From Escherichia phage Ro45lw, in the sequence record NC_048136.1: 39,793 nt of DNA. One strand, 5' to 3'. The translations under genes and the position numbers were made by a program. The notes beneath the pieces are model-generated. The model was not told the DNA's origin and did no database searches. It saw only the letters and a program-made list of their open reading frames with translations. This document shows, piece by piece, positions 1 through 8,079 of this stretch (the first letter of the stretch is position 1; each line of letters begins with the position of its first letter).

Positions 1-190
1 TCTCACAGTTCAAGAACCTCAAGTCTCCCCATAGGCCCTCTTTCAGTCCAGACTCAAGGCCCTACCCCTAGACCTTCGGTCTAAACCTCAAGTCTTTGAC
101 CCAAGGTTGACCCGAAGTCTGGACCGATATGGCCTATATCTAGTGGCTGGGACGATGGGTCGGGACTATATGTTGTGTCTCCGAGTCTCT
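1..190. repeat. Left direct terminal repeat (190 bp)
   Basis: Bases 1-190 recur exactly at 39604-39793 (read by eye); terminal redundancy is typical of T7-like genomes. Confidence 0.9.
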
Positions 191-201
191 ATCTGTATCA
201 G

Positions 202-299
202 CCTAGAGTCAATCCTAAAGTCATCACCCACAGTCAACCAGCCTACAGTCAATCCCTAAGTGATGGGACAACCTACAGTCACCAAACCTACAGTCATCA
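202..299 (+). repeat. Array of about 7 short direct repeats CCTA(N)AGTCA immediately inside the left terminal repeat
   Basis: cctagagtca, cctaaagtca, cctacagtca (x3) and variants between 202 and 299; T7 has short repeat arrays flanking its terminal repeat. Confidence 0.6.
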
Positions 300-522
300 G
301 ACACCATGTCGACCTTCAGTTTATCAGAGTCCTAAGGTCTAGACTCACAGGTTATCACATCCGGTCCGTTTAGCAGTCAGAGACCATAGCTGACTAGGGT
401 TATTAGTTAGTGTCTTGCTAACTGGACTCTCATTATCCACAGTCCAGACTTAAAGTCAATCATCTGTAGTCATTCTTATATAGTCATTGGACTACTGTAT
501 AAATTACCATGATAAATAGTTG

Positions 523-551
523 TTGACAGTAGGTCTAACTTTTGGTTTAAT
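523..551 (+). promoter_or_regulatory. Host sigma70-type early promoter (A1-like)
   Basis: TTGACA (523-528), 17-bp spacer, TTTAAT (546-551), AT-rich upstream region. Confidence 0.6.
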
Positions 552-678
552 AGCTTCCGTCAACACGACACGGCAACAACCGGATAGTGAAGACGCCGGG
601 TCGGTCCGGTTAAGTAGTCAGCCTGTAAGACATACGAACAACAGGCAACCGACAGCTAGGAGACTAGCGACAAAGTAG

Positions 679-708
679 TTGACAAGCAGTAACGACTTAA
701 AGTAGTAT
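679..708 (+). promoter_or_regulatory. Host sigma70-type early promoter (A2/A3-like)
   Basis: TTGACA (679-684), about 18-bp spacer, TAGTAT, followed by GTACCACATCGAAACGACAGTGA which closely resembles the T7 A3 start region. Confidence 0.65.
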
Positions 709-932
709 GTACCACATCGAAACGACAGTGAAGCCTAACACTGAAACAGGCTAGCGAGGCGACGACAGCTAAGCGAATGTTCTTTAACAATCTGGATAAC
801 TCTTAATGTGCGCCGATAGCAAGCGACTAACTACAGGGTCTTTGAGTCTACCGCGAGACGGGCTTGACTTGAGCGACTGAAGGCCCTGACTGATAGTCAC
901 TAACACACAATTAACTTTGAGAGGATATAACT

Positions 933-1433
933 ATGGAACGTAACGCTAACGCATACTATGACCTGCTGGCTGCAACCGTTGAGCTGTTCAACGAGCGTAT
1001 TCAGTACGACGAAATAGCTGAAGGCGATGATTATCACGATGCGCTGCATGAAGTCGTAGACGGTCAGGTTCCACACTATTACCACGAGATTTTCACGGTG
1101 ATGGCTGCTGATGGTATCGACAACGAGTTTGAAGACTCTGGGTACATCCCTGAGACCAAGGACGTGACGCGCATACTGCAAGCTCGCATCTATGAGGCAT
1201 TGTATAATGATGTGCCGAACCACTCGGATGTGGTCTGGTTTGAGGCTGAAGAGGAAGACGAAGAGGATGAATACTGGGTAGTTGACGCTAAAACGGGCGT
1301 ATTCATTGAGCAAGCTGTATCTCTTGAGGTCGCTACTACATGCGCTAAAGACCACTATGCGCTAGGTCGCCACCTGAAAGTCGAAGACATCAACGACACC
1401 GTAGTGTTTGACCCTGAGGAGGACTGCGAGTGA
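933..1433 (+). CDS. 0.3: Ocr-like anti-restriction protein (DNA mimic), 166 aa with C-terminal extension
   Basis: Residues ~20-115 align with T7 Ocr (VPHYYxxIFxVMAxxGIDxEFEDSGxxPxTKDVxRILQARIYE, acidic tail); RBS GAGGA upstream; about 50 extra C-terminal residues relative to T7. Confidence 0.85.
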   Translation: MERNANAYYDLLAATVELFNERIQYDEIAEGDDYHDALHEVVDGQVPHYYHEIFTVMAADGIDNEFEDSGYIPETKDVTRILQARIYEALYNDVPNHSDVVWFEAEEEDEEDEYWVVDAKTGVFIEQAVSLEVATTCAKDHYALGRHLKVEDINDTVVFDPEEDCE

Positions 1434-1588
1434 TGGTAACTTATGGTCTCTGCCAGCACCACGTCATCAACGCCCGGATTATGGTCAAGACCGGGCAGTT
1501 AAACCACGATGCGGCTATGCGTCGCCTGAAAGCGGTCTATGAGGGCCGCAAGCGCATACACGACAGTTTGCATGCTGAGGACAAGTAA
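1433..1588 (+). CDS. Small early protein, 51 aa (T7 gp0.4-like)
   Basis: ATG overlaps the Ocr stop (TGATG); same length as T7 gp0.4 and shares YGL and LKxxYE motifs from memory. Confidence 0.5.
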   Translation: MVTYGLCQHHVINARIMVKTGQLNHDAAMRRLKAVYEGRKRIHDSLHAEDK

Positions 1589-1589
1589 C

Positions 1590-1715
1590 ATGTACCAGAT
1601 AACTTATAGCAGTGAACAGGCGTTCTACGATGGGTGCTACGAGATGATGAAGCGCGGGGCTTGCTACATGGCTAATCACCATAGCTTGACCATAACACTG
1701 ACTGGCGGGTATTGA
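1590..1715 (+). CDS. Small early ORF, 41 aa
   Basis: ATG two bases after the preceding stop, same strand, position of T7 gene 0.5; no recognisable domain. Confidence 0.35.
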   Translation: MYQITYSSEQAFYDGCYEMMKRGACYMANHHSLTITLTGGY

Positions 1716-1873
1716 GTGATAGGCGAGAGGCCACTACATCTAGTGGTCTCAAAGATTATTACTCACAACATATAGAGGTGAACTATGAACATTGGTTACT
1801 GGGTGTGCTTATCTCCGGTCATCTTCCTAATAGCTTTAGGCCTACTGGACGCAATCAAGCGAGGGTCTCTGTA

Positions 1874-2068
1874 ATGGTCTGGGCGCTTCTGGTCATCGGC
1901 TACGGGTTAATACTCGCAGTCATCACGAAAGACATCGCCAAGGCACGTAAAGTCTACCGCTTCCAGTATGTATCACTGGGCCGCTGGACTGTAAGACAAC
2001 CGAACGGACGCTTTATGCGCAACCTCGCAAACGTCTGGGACATCTCAACCTTAGGGAGTAAACTGTAA
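1874..2068 (+). CDS. Small hydrophobic early protein, 64 aa (putative membrane protein)
   Basis: ATG 1874 preceded by GAGGG; product MVWALLVIGYGLILAVITKD... has one predicted transmembrane helix; the longer ORF 1712-2068 needs a TTG start. Confidence 0.4.
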   Translation: MVWALLVIGYGLILAVITKDIAKARKVYRFQYVSLGRWTVRQPNGRFMRNLANVWDISTLGSKL

Positions 2069-2394
2069 TGAGTAAATCTTATGGCATCAACTTGGCCCAT
2101 GCACTTGACGCAGACCTTAATCTGCTTTCAGCACTAGCTACGGGCTACCGTCACGGGACCTCAAGTCACACCGTTCGTCAACAGCAGGAGCGAGACCGGG
2201 TGCTGCAAGCAAGACTCCGGGCCGAGGGCCATAAGGCCGAGCTGATGTGTCTGGCGTATGGTGGTCGACCACGCACTGACGATGGTAAACTTCTGGTCTC
2301 CGGCTGGCGGGCAATGGACCAGCGGGCAGACATCAAGCACACGACACGCGGTGACTTCAGTCATCTGCACGCTAACCCACTGATATGCAAGTAG
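2068..2394 (+). CDS. Hypothetical early protein, 108 aa, at the gene 0.7 position
   Basis: ATGA overlap with the upstream stop, RBS GGGAG; far shorter than the T7 gp0.7 kinase, no kinase motifs seen. Confidence 0.5.
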   Translation: MSKSYGINLAHALDADLNLLSALATGYRHGTSSHTVRQQQERDRVLQARLRAEGHKAELMCLAYGGRPRTDDGKLLVSGWRAMDQRADIKHTTRGDFSHLHANPLICK

Positions 2395-2399
2395 TTTGG

Positions 2400-2422
2400 A
2401 CTAAACTATCACTAAAGGACTC
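2400..2422 (+). promoter_or_regulatory. Phage-RNAP promoter-like element (variant CACTAAAGG) upstream of the RNA polymerase gene
   Basis: CTAAACTATCACTAAAGGAC differs from the genome consensus at one position (-2 T to A); overlaps the inverted repeat 2408-2417 / 2461-2470. Confidence 0.45.
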
Positions 2423-2497
2423 AAGGTCGAAAGACTCTAAGTCAGGACTGAAGTGAAAGACTTTAGTGATAAGACAATAGTTATAAGGACTTTAAGT

Positions 2498-5179
2498 ATG
2501 GGCGTCATATCAATTGACAAACACGACTTCTCTGATGTGTCGAATGCAATCGAACCTTTCAACGTACTGGCGGACCACTACGGGCAAGACCTCGCAGTCA
2601 AGCAGCTACAGCTAGAGCATGAGGCATACACTGAAGGTGAGCGACGTTTCATTAAGAACCTTGAGCGTCAGACCGAGCGCGGGGAACTAGCAGACAATCA
2701 GGTCGCTAAGCCTCTGATGCAAACGCTGGTCCCGACCATCGCTAAGGCTGTGCGTGAGTGGCATGAAGGCCCGGACGGTAAGTCATCGACCTCGCGTCCA
2801 AGCGTAGCGTTTACCATGTTGAGCACTGACGAGAAGGCTGTAAAAGACCGCTCTCTGCTAATCTCTGCGGAGTCTGCTGCGGTCATCATACTGAAAGTCA
2901 TCCTCAGCAAGCTGGTCAAGCCTGAAGGCATTCCGATAACTCCTATGGCATCCGCGATAGGTCGCACACTGGAAGACGAAATCCGCTTTGGCCGCATCCG
3001 TGAGCAGGAGCAGGAGCACTTCAAGAAGACCATAGCGGAGAACCTGAAGAAACGCGCTGGTGCAAGCTACAAGAAAGCCTACATGCAGGCAGTCGAGGCG
3101 TCTATGCTTGAGCAGGGGCAACTGGCTGACGCGTGGGGGACTTGGAGTCCGACCGAGGCTGTCCACGTAGGCATCAAGATGCTAGAGCTGGTCATCCAGT
3201 CGTCGCAACTGGTCGAGCTGAAGCGCTACGGTGCGGGAAACGCTGCGGCAGACGTCGAGATGGTCCACCTGTCAGACTTCTGGGTCAAGAAGATGGCACA
3301 ACGTGGATTCAGCCTTGCAGGTATCGCGCCAGTCTACCAGCCATGCGTCGTCCCACCTAAGCCGTGGACCGGGGTGGTGGGCGGTGGGTACTGGGCTAAA
3401 GGTCGCAGGCCTCTCCCGCTGATTCGCTTGGGGTCAAAGGCTGCGGTCCAGCGCTACGAAGACGTGTACATGCCTGAAGTGTACGAGGCGGTGAACATCA
3501 TTCAGCAAACTCCTTGGAAGGTGAACAAGAAGGTGCTGGAAGTGGTGAACATGGTCGAGAAGCTGAATAACACGCCTATCGCTGACATCCCTCAGATGGA
3601 GCCACTAAAGCCTGAAGACTATGCGGGTGAGACCGAGGAGGAACTTAAGGCTTGGAAGAAGTCTGCGGCTGGTATCTACCGGCGCGAGAAGGCCAGACAG
3701 TCTCGCCGTTTGTCCCTGAGCTTCATCGTCTCACAGGCTAACAAGTTCTCTCAGTTTAAGGCCATCTGGTTCCCATACAACATGGACTGGCGGGGCCGAG
3801 TGTACGCTGTCCCGATGTTCAACCCTCAAGGCAACGATATGCAGAAGGGCCTGCTGACTCTGGCGGTAGGTAAGCCAATCGGTGCCGATGGTTTCAAATG
3901 GCTGAAGGTCCACGGTGCAAACTGTGCGGGTGTCGATAAAGTCACCTTCGAGGAGCGCATCAAGTGGGTGGAAGACAACCACGACAACATCATGGCTGCT
4001 GCTAAGGCACCGATGGACAGCATTGAGTGGTGGGGCAAGTTAGACTCTCCGTTCTGCTTCCTAGCGTTCTGCTTCGAGTATGCTGGCGTAATGCACCACG
4101 GATTGTCTTACTCCTGCTCGCTGCCAATAGCGTTCGATGGGTCCTGCTCTGGGATTCAGCACTTTAGCGCGATGCTTCGTGACCACATCGGTGGACATGC
4201 GGTAAACCTGACGCCTTCCGGTAAGGTCCAAGACATCTACCGCATTGTGTCCGACCGGGTGGAAGAACAGCTCAAGGAACTGCTGGTCAGCGGCAGTGAC
4301 AACGAGGTGAAGACCTTCGAGGACAAGAAGACTGGCGAGATTACTGAACGTCTGGTCCTTGGGACCCGTGAGCTGGCTCGACAGTGGCTGACCTACGGGA
4401 TGTCGCGCTCGGTCACTAAACGCTCGGTAATGACTCTGGCCTACGGGTCGAAGGAATACGGGTTCGCGGACCAAGTGTTTGAGGATACCGTGATGCCCGC
4501 GATTGATAGTGGCAAGGGCGCAATGTTCACAGACCCAAGCCAAGCATCGCGCTTCATGGCTAAGATGATATGGGACGCTGTGAGTGTGACCGTAGTTGCT
4601 GCGGTTGACGCGATGAAGTGGCTTCAAGGTGCTGCAAAGCTGCTGGCTGCTGAAGTGAAGGACAAGAAGACTGGCGAAATCCTGAAGCCCTGCCTTCCGG
4701 TACACTGGGTAACACCCGATGGGTTCCCGGTCTGGCAGGAATACCGCAAGAAGGATACCACCCGCCTGAACCTCCTGTTCCTTGGGTCGTTCAACCTGCA
4801 ACCAACAGTCAACAAAGGGTCGAAGAAAGAGCTGGACAAGCACAAGCAGGAGTCCGGTATCAGCCCTAACTTTGTACACTCACAGGACGGCAGTCACCTG
4901 AGGAAGACTGTGGTCCACACCCACCGCAAGTATGGCGTGATGTCCTTCGCGGTTATTCACGACAGCTTTGGGACCATCCCAGCAGACGCTGAGTTCCTGT
5001 TCAAGGGTGTCCGTGAGACGATGGTCGAGACCTACCGCGACAACGATGTGCTGCAAGACTTCTACGAGCAGTTCGCGGACCAGCTTCACGAGAGCCAGCG
5101 CGACAAGTTGCCTGAGCTTCCGAAGAAAGGTAAACTGAATATCGAGGACATCTTGTCTTCAGACTTTGCATTCGCTTAA
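2498..5179 (+). CDS. 1: DNA-directed RNA polymerase, single-subunit T7-type
   Basis: Collinear with T7 RNAP along its full length (e.g. FPYNMDWRGRVYAV, DGSCSGIQHFSAMLRD, HDSFGT, C-terminal FAFA); ATG 2498 matches the T7 N-terminus, the upstream GTG 2453 start is less likely. Confidence 0.95.
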   Translation: MGVISIDKHDFSDVSNAIEPFNVLADHYGQDLAVKQLQLEHEAYTEGERRFIKNLERQTERGELADNQVAKPLMQTLVPTIAKAVREWHEGPDGKSSTSRPSVAFTMLSTDEKAVKDRSLLISAESAAVIILKVILSKLVKPEGIPITPMASAIGRTLEDEIRFGRIREQEQEHFKKTIAENLKKRAGASYKKAYMQAVEASMLEQGQLADAWGTWSPTEAVHVGIKMLELVIQSSQLVELKRYGAGNAAADVEMVHLSDFWVKKMAQRGFSLAGIAPVYQPCVVPPKPWTGVVGGGYWAKGRRPLPLIRLGSKAAVQRYEDVYMPEVYEAVNIIQQTPWKVNKKVLEVVNMVEKLNNTPIADIPQMEPLKPEDYAGETEEELKAWKKSAAGIYRREKARQSRRLSLSFIVSQANKFSQFKAIWFPYNMDWRGRVYAVPMFNPQGNDMQKGLLTLAVGKPIGADGFKWLKVHGANCAGVDKVTFEERIKWVEDNHDNIMAAAKAPMDSIEWWGKLDSPFCFLAFCFEYAGVMHHGLSYSCSLPIAFDGSCSGIQHFSAMLRDHIGGHAVNLTPSGKVQDIYRIVSDRVEEQLKELLVSGSDNEVKTFEDKKTGEITERLVLGTRELARQWLTYGMSRSVTKRSVMTLAYGSKEYGFADQVFEDTVMPAIDSGKGAMFTDPSQASRFMAKMIWDAVSVTVVAAVDAMKWLQGAAKLLAAEVKDKKTGEILKPCLPVHWVTPDGFPVWQEYRKKDTTRLNLLFLGSFNLQPTVNKGSKKELDKHKQESGISPNFVHSQDGSHLRKTVVHTHRKYGVMSFAVIHDSFGTIPADAEFLFKGVRETMVETYRDNDVLQDFYEQFADQLHESQRDKLPELPKKGKLNIEDILSSDFAFA

Positions 5180-5191
5180 CAGGAGAGAGTT

Positions 5192-5407
5192 ATGAAATTC
5201 GCACACAAGCAGACGGGCGTTAATGGTGGGACTCAAATCGTGACCGTGACTGAACACAACGGCAAGGGGCTGGTTAAAACAACAGTCATCCCGACCGAGA
5301 TGTCCAAGCAGCTTAACATTCCGTTCAAGACTCTTGTATATCTGGTCGAGTCCAGCCACGAGAAGTACCTGAAGGACGCAGTGTCCAAGCTGGGGCAGAC
5401 CAAATGA
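5192..5407 (+). CDS. Hypothetical protein, 71 aa
   Basis: Strong RBS AGGAGAG 7 nt upstream of ATG; intergenic position between genes 1 and 1.1. Confidence 0.5.
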   Translation: MKFAHKQTGVNGGTQIVTVTEHNGKGLVKTTVIPTEMSKQLNIPFKTLVYLVESSHEKYLKDAVSKLGQTK

Positions 5408-5482
5408 CAGACCTACAGTTACTGGCCTTGTGGCTAGGAGCGCTCGCAGTATTCACCTTAATCCAACGCAGAAGAGGTTAAC

Positions 5483-5505
5483 CCTAAACTATCACTATAG
5501 GATTA
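5483..5505 (+). promoter_or_regulatory. Phage-RNAP promoter (phi1.1-like)
   Basis: CCTAAACTATCACTATAGGATTAG, consensus match. Confidence 0.75.
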
Positions 5506-5546
5506 GACTCAAGGTCATGACTCAAAGTCGTGGCCTTCATGATTAA
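5504..5546 (+). promoter_or_regulatory. RNase III-type processing hairpin (R1.1-like)
   Basis: TAGACTCAAGGTCATGA...TGGCCTTCATGATTAA; AAGGTCA pairs with TGGCCTT with one G-U; the motif recurs at 12465 and 36121. Confidence 0.5.
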
Positions 5547-5577
5547 CCCTAAATAAACACTACTGGAGATTTAACCG

Positions 5578-5757
5578 TATGTATCAGAACACTATCAACT
5601 TCGAGCGCATCCGTGAACGTCAGCAGACTGAAGGTTACATTCCTAAAGGCCGCAAGCTGAACAAGACTAAACGTGGCGGTGGCATCAAAGGTGCTTTCCG
5701 TAACGCTGAAGGTAAAGACTCTCTGGTCAACCAAGAGAAATACTTCGTAGGAGCATA
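5578..5757 (+). CDS. 1.1: gp1.1-like small basic protein, 59 aa
   Basis: KGRKLNKTKR motif as in T7 gp1.1; RBS GGAG upstream. Confidence 0.6.
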
Positions 5758-5762
5758 ACGAT

Positions 5763-6026
5763 ATGGGACGACTTTATAGTGGCAACCTCAACGCTTTCAA
5801 AGCGGCGTGTAACAGACTTTATCAGTTAGACTTCGCTGTTATATCTCAGGAGTTTCAAGACACTGCGTTTCGCCAAGAGTGCATGAAACTCAGGGTAGAG
5901 GACCGAGCTGGTAACATCTTCGCGCTTGAGACATTCGCACACCACGATGAAGACGTACTGTACAACACTGCAACCGACTTCCTTAACGGGCTCGCTGATC
6001 AACTCGACACATGGAGCAAATCATAA
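5763..6026 (+). CDS. 1.2: gp1.2-like host dGTPase inhibitor
   Basis: MGRLYSGNLNAFKAA...HHDEDVLYN aligns with T7 gp1.2. Confidence 0.85.
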   Translation: MGRLYSGNLNAFKAACNRLYQLDFAVISQEFQDTAFRQECMKLRVEDRAGNIFALETFAHHDEDVLYNTATDFLNGLADQLDTWSKS

Positions 6027-7093
6027 TGACTACGACTATCAAAACCAACCCTCACCGCGCTGTAGATTACTCTGAGTCTGGCGTTAAGAAAGCACTGGCT
6101 GCTGCTGGGTCTCTCGAAGCTGAAGTGAAGTACGATGGTGTCCGGTTGAATCTTCCGGTCTACCCTGATGGTCGTACTGAATGGTTAAGTCGTGAGTCAA
6201 AACCACTGCCAGCCTTAGACCACTTATCAACAGTTGGTCAGGACATCGGTGCTTGTCGCGCGTCAGACTGGCGTTGGTTCCTGAAGCAAGCAGGGCATGA
6301 GGTATCTGGCTTGATGATTGATGGCGAGGTGATGGTCAAAGGCGTAGACTTCAACACGTCCTCAGGTCTTATCCGCACCATGTGGTCTGACCGCAAGAAC
6401 TACGAGTGGAACATGAACCCTAAGGCCGATATGGAGACCAAGAAGTCTAACAAGGTTCCATTCCAGATTAGCCCTGAGTTCCTACAAGTGGTCGTCTACG
6501 GGGTCATCGACCTTAACGTCATCCTCGACCCTAAAGCCGAAGGTCCTATCCATAGCGTCACACGCCTGAAGGCCGAAGCTATCGTCCCTCTCCTCCAGAA
6601 ATACTTCCCTGAAATCGACTGGGTTCTGTCTGAGTCACACACGGTCTATGACCTTGAGTCGCTCAACTCCCTGTACGAAGAGAAGCGTCTGGAAGGACAC
6701 GAGGGTCTGGTAGTCAAGGACCCTCTGGGTAAATACAAGCGCGGCAAGAAGTCAGGCATGTGGAAGATGAAGCCTGAGGAGACCATCGACGGGACAGTGT
6801 GTGGCCTCGTGTGGGGGACTCCGGGTAAGGCCAACGAAGGTAAGGTGATTGGCTTCGAGGTGCTGCTTGAAGACGGCATGGTGGTTAATGCTTGCGGTCT
6901 GACTGAAGAACAGAAGGACGAGTTCACTGCTGCGGTATGTGACCATGAGTCTGGCGTAGCTGGAATGGAGTTCGCTTACCAAGGCTGGCAGTGTGAAGTC
7001 CTCTTCATGGAGCGGTTCCCGGATGGCTCCCTTCGTCATCCCAGCTTCAAGTGCTGGCGTGGAACGGAAGACAATCCAACAGTTAAGAGTTAA
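6026..7093 (+). CDS. 1.3: ATP-dependent DNA ligase
   Basis: IKTNP...KYDGVR (adenylation lysine motif), EGLVVKDP, KRGKKSGMWKMKPE, SLRHPSF align with T7 ligase; ATG 6026 overlaps the 1.2 stop; the ORF track start at 6011 is the alternative. Confidence 0.9.
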   Translation: MTTTIKTNPHRAVDYSESGVKKALAAAGSLEAEVKYDGVRLNLPVYPDGRTEWLSRESKPLPALDHLSTVGQDIGACRASDWRWFLKQAGHEVSGLMIDGEVMVKGVDFNTSSGLIRTMWSDRKNYEWNMNPKADMETKKSNKVPFQISPEFLQVVVYGVIDLNVILDPKAEGPIHSVTRLKAEAIVPLLQKYFPEIDWVLSESHTVYDLESLNSLYEEKRLEGHEGLVVKDPLGKYKRGKKSGMWKMKPEETIDGTVCGLVWGTPGKANEGKVIGFEVLLEDGMVVNACGLTEEQKDEFTAAVCDHESGVAGMEFAYQGWQCEVLFMERFPDGSLRHPSFKCWRGTEDNPTVKS

Positions 7094-7102
7094 CTAAACG
7101 CC

Positions 7103-7138
7103 AACCCAGTGGTCTTCGCGGACTGCTGGGTTTCTTTG
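7103..7138 (+). terminator. Putative early intrinsic terminator (TE-like)
   Basis: AACCCAG...CTGGGTT stem followed by TTTCTTTG, directly after the ligase gene as in T7. Confidence 0.5.
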
Positions 7139-7177
7139 CTTGTGCTAGCAAGCTATCGTCTGGGCCACCAGCTAGAC

Positions 7178-7200
7178 CCTAAGCTATCACTATAGGACAA
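7178..7200 (+). promoter_or_regulatory. Phage-RNAP promoter
   Basis: CCTAAGCTATCACTATAGGACAA, one mismatch to consensus. Confidence 0.7.
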
Positions 7201-7224
7201 CCATCAACAACCTAAGGAGACTCT

Positions 7225-7485
7225 ATGTCTAAGAACTTAATGTTCAATCGTTATACCGATACCTTCCACCTGTCCAACAACCCGTTATCTTGCACTAAGC
7301 GAAACGAGAAGCTGGGCTACTTCGGGAAGGCTGTTAAGTTATCACCTACAGTCTTCGCGCTGATTACTCCGGGAAAAGCTGAAGAGGCTCGCCAGAAGCG
7401 TGAGACCAGCGTACCTGTGGTCTACACCAAGTGGCCTCGCGTTCGTCTGTTCGTTGAGTTTGTGAAGGAGGTGGTCAATGACTAA
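7225..7485 (+). CDS. Hypothetical protein, 86 aa (gene 1.5/1.6 region)
   Basis: RBS AAGGAG upstream, same strand, follows a phage promoter. Confidence 0.55.
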   Translation: MSKNLMFNRYTDTFHLSNNPLSCTKRNEKLGYFGKAVKLSPTVFALITPGKAEEARQKRETSVPVVYTKWPRVRLFVEFVKEVVND

Positions 7486-7786
7486 AAATGAACAGCCTAT
7501 CTACACTGGCGGTTCTGCTGACTACTATCAGGTCCACATAAAGAGCACCACTACCACCGGTCGACCTGAGTACATCGCTGAATGCAACGACATCATCGAA
7601 GCTCTGGGTATGAACTTTGCGGAAGGCAATGCGTTCAAGGCAATATGGCGTCGAGCCGCCCAACGGACCTTGGGTCTGCGTAAAGCTGGCGCTAAAGATG
7701 ATGGTCTTTACGATGCAGAGAAAGTCGAGTTCTTCGGTGCTCGTATGGTAGCTCAGAGTAAGGCGGGTAGTCATGACTCCAAGTAG
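7478..7786 (+). CDS. gp1.7-like protein (possible nucleotide kinase C-terminal domain homolog)
   Basis: RBS GGAGG; weak similarity to the C-terminal region of T7 gp1.7 (IIEAxxMxFxxGNxxKxxxRxA); positionally consistent. Confidence 0.5.
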   Translation: MTKNEQPIYTGGSADYYQVHIKSTTTTGRPEYIAECNDIIEALGMNFAEGNAFKAIWRRAAQRTLGLRKAGAKDDGLYDAEKVEFFGARMVAQSKAGSHDSK

Positions 7787-7863
7787 CTGGTGCTTAGACA
7801 GTGGGTCTCAACCGGGAATGTGGACTACCTGTCCATGTACCATATGTGGAAGGAGAAAGGGCT

Positions 7864-8022
7864 ATGAGCCTTGAAGAAAAGAAGTACATCGTGGAGCTTG
7901 AGGGTCGCGTTCAGTCCTTTGAGGTCCCGGTATACGCCAAGTCTCTTGAAGAGGCTACCCTGAAGTCCCAAGAGTATGAGGACGCTGGGTTTGTGGTCGG
8001 ACGGATTCGTCCTGAGACCTAA
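7864..8022 (+). CDS. 2: gp2-like inhibitor of host RNA polymerase, 52 aa
   Basis: [14 protein letters not shown]...[10 protein letters not shown] aligns with T7 gp2 (SFEVPIYAETLDEA...AGFEVTRVRP); RBS GGAAGGAG; the ORF track start 7801 is a longer alternative. Confidence 0.8.
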   Translation: MSLEEKKYIVELEGRVQSFEVPVYAKSLEEATLKSQEYEDAGFVVGRIRPET

Positions 8023-8030
8023 ACTATCAC
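8008..8030 (+). promoter_or_regulatory. Phage-RNAP promoter (phi2.5-like), variant CACTGTAGG
   Basis: CCTAAACTATCACTGTAGGACAG, overlaps the gene 2 stop. Confidence 0.65.
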
Positions 8031-8079
8031 TGTAGGACAGACGTCCAGTTCGTAACTTTAAATTAGGAGATTTACACCG

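Noticed and set aside
866-898. Possible third sigma70 promoter (TTGACT at 866) before gene 0.3
   Set aside because: No acceptable -10 hexamer at 16-19 bp spacing; the region is more likely part of the 0.3 mRNA leader structure
1712-1873. Longer 118-aa version of the small membrane protein ORF
   Set aside because: Requires a TTG start with no RBS; the internal ATG 1874 has an RBS and yields a compact membrane peptide
2453-2497. N-terminal extension of the RNA polymerase from GTG 2453
   Set aside because: ATG 2498 gives an N-terminus collinear with T7 RNAP; the upstream region overlaps the promoter-like element and inverted repeat
4061-4879. 272-aa minus-strand ORF inside the RNA polymerase gene
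   Set aside because: Antisense to a well-supported + strand gene; T7-like genomes are transcribed in one direction; no RBS or domain support
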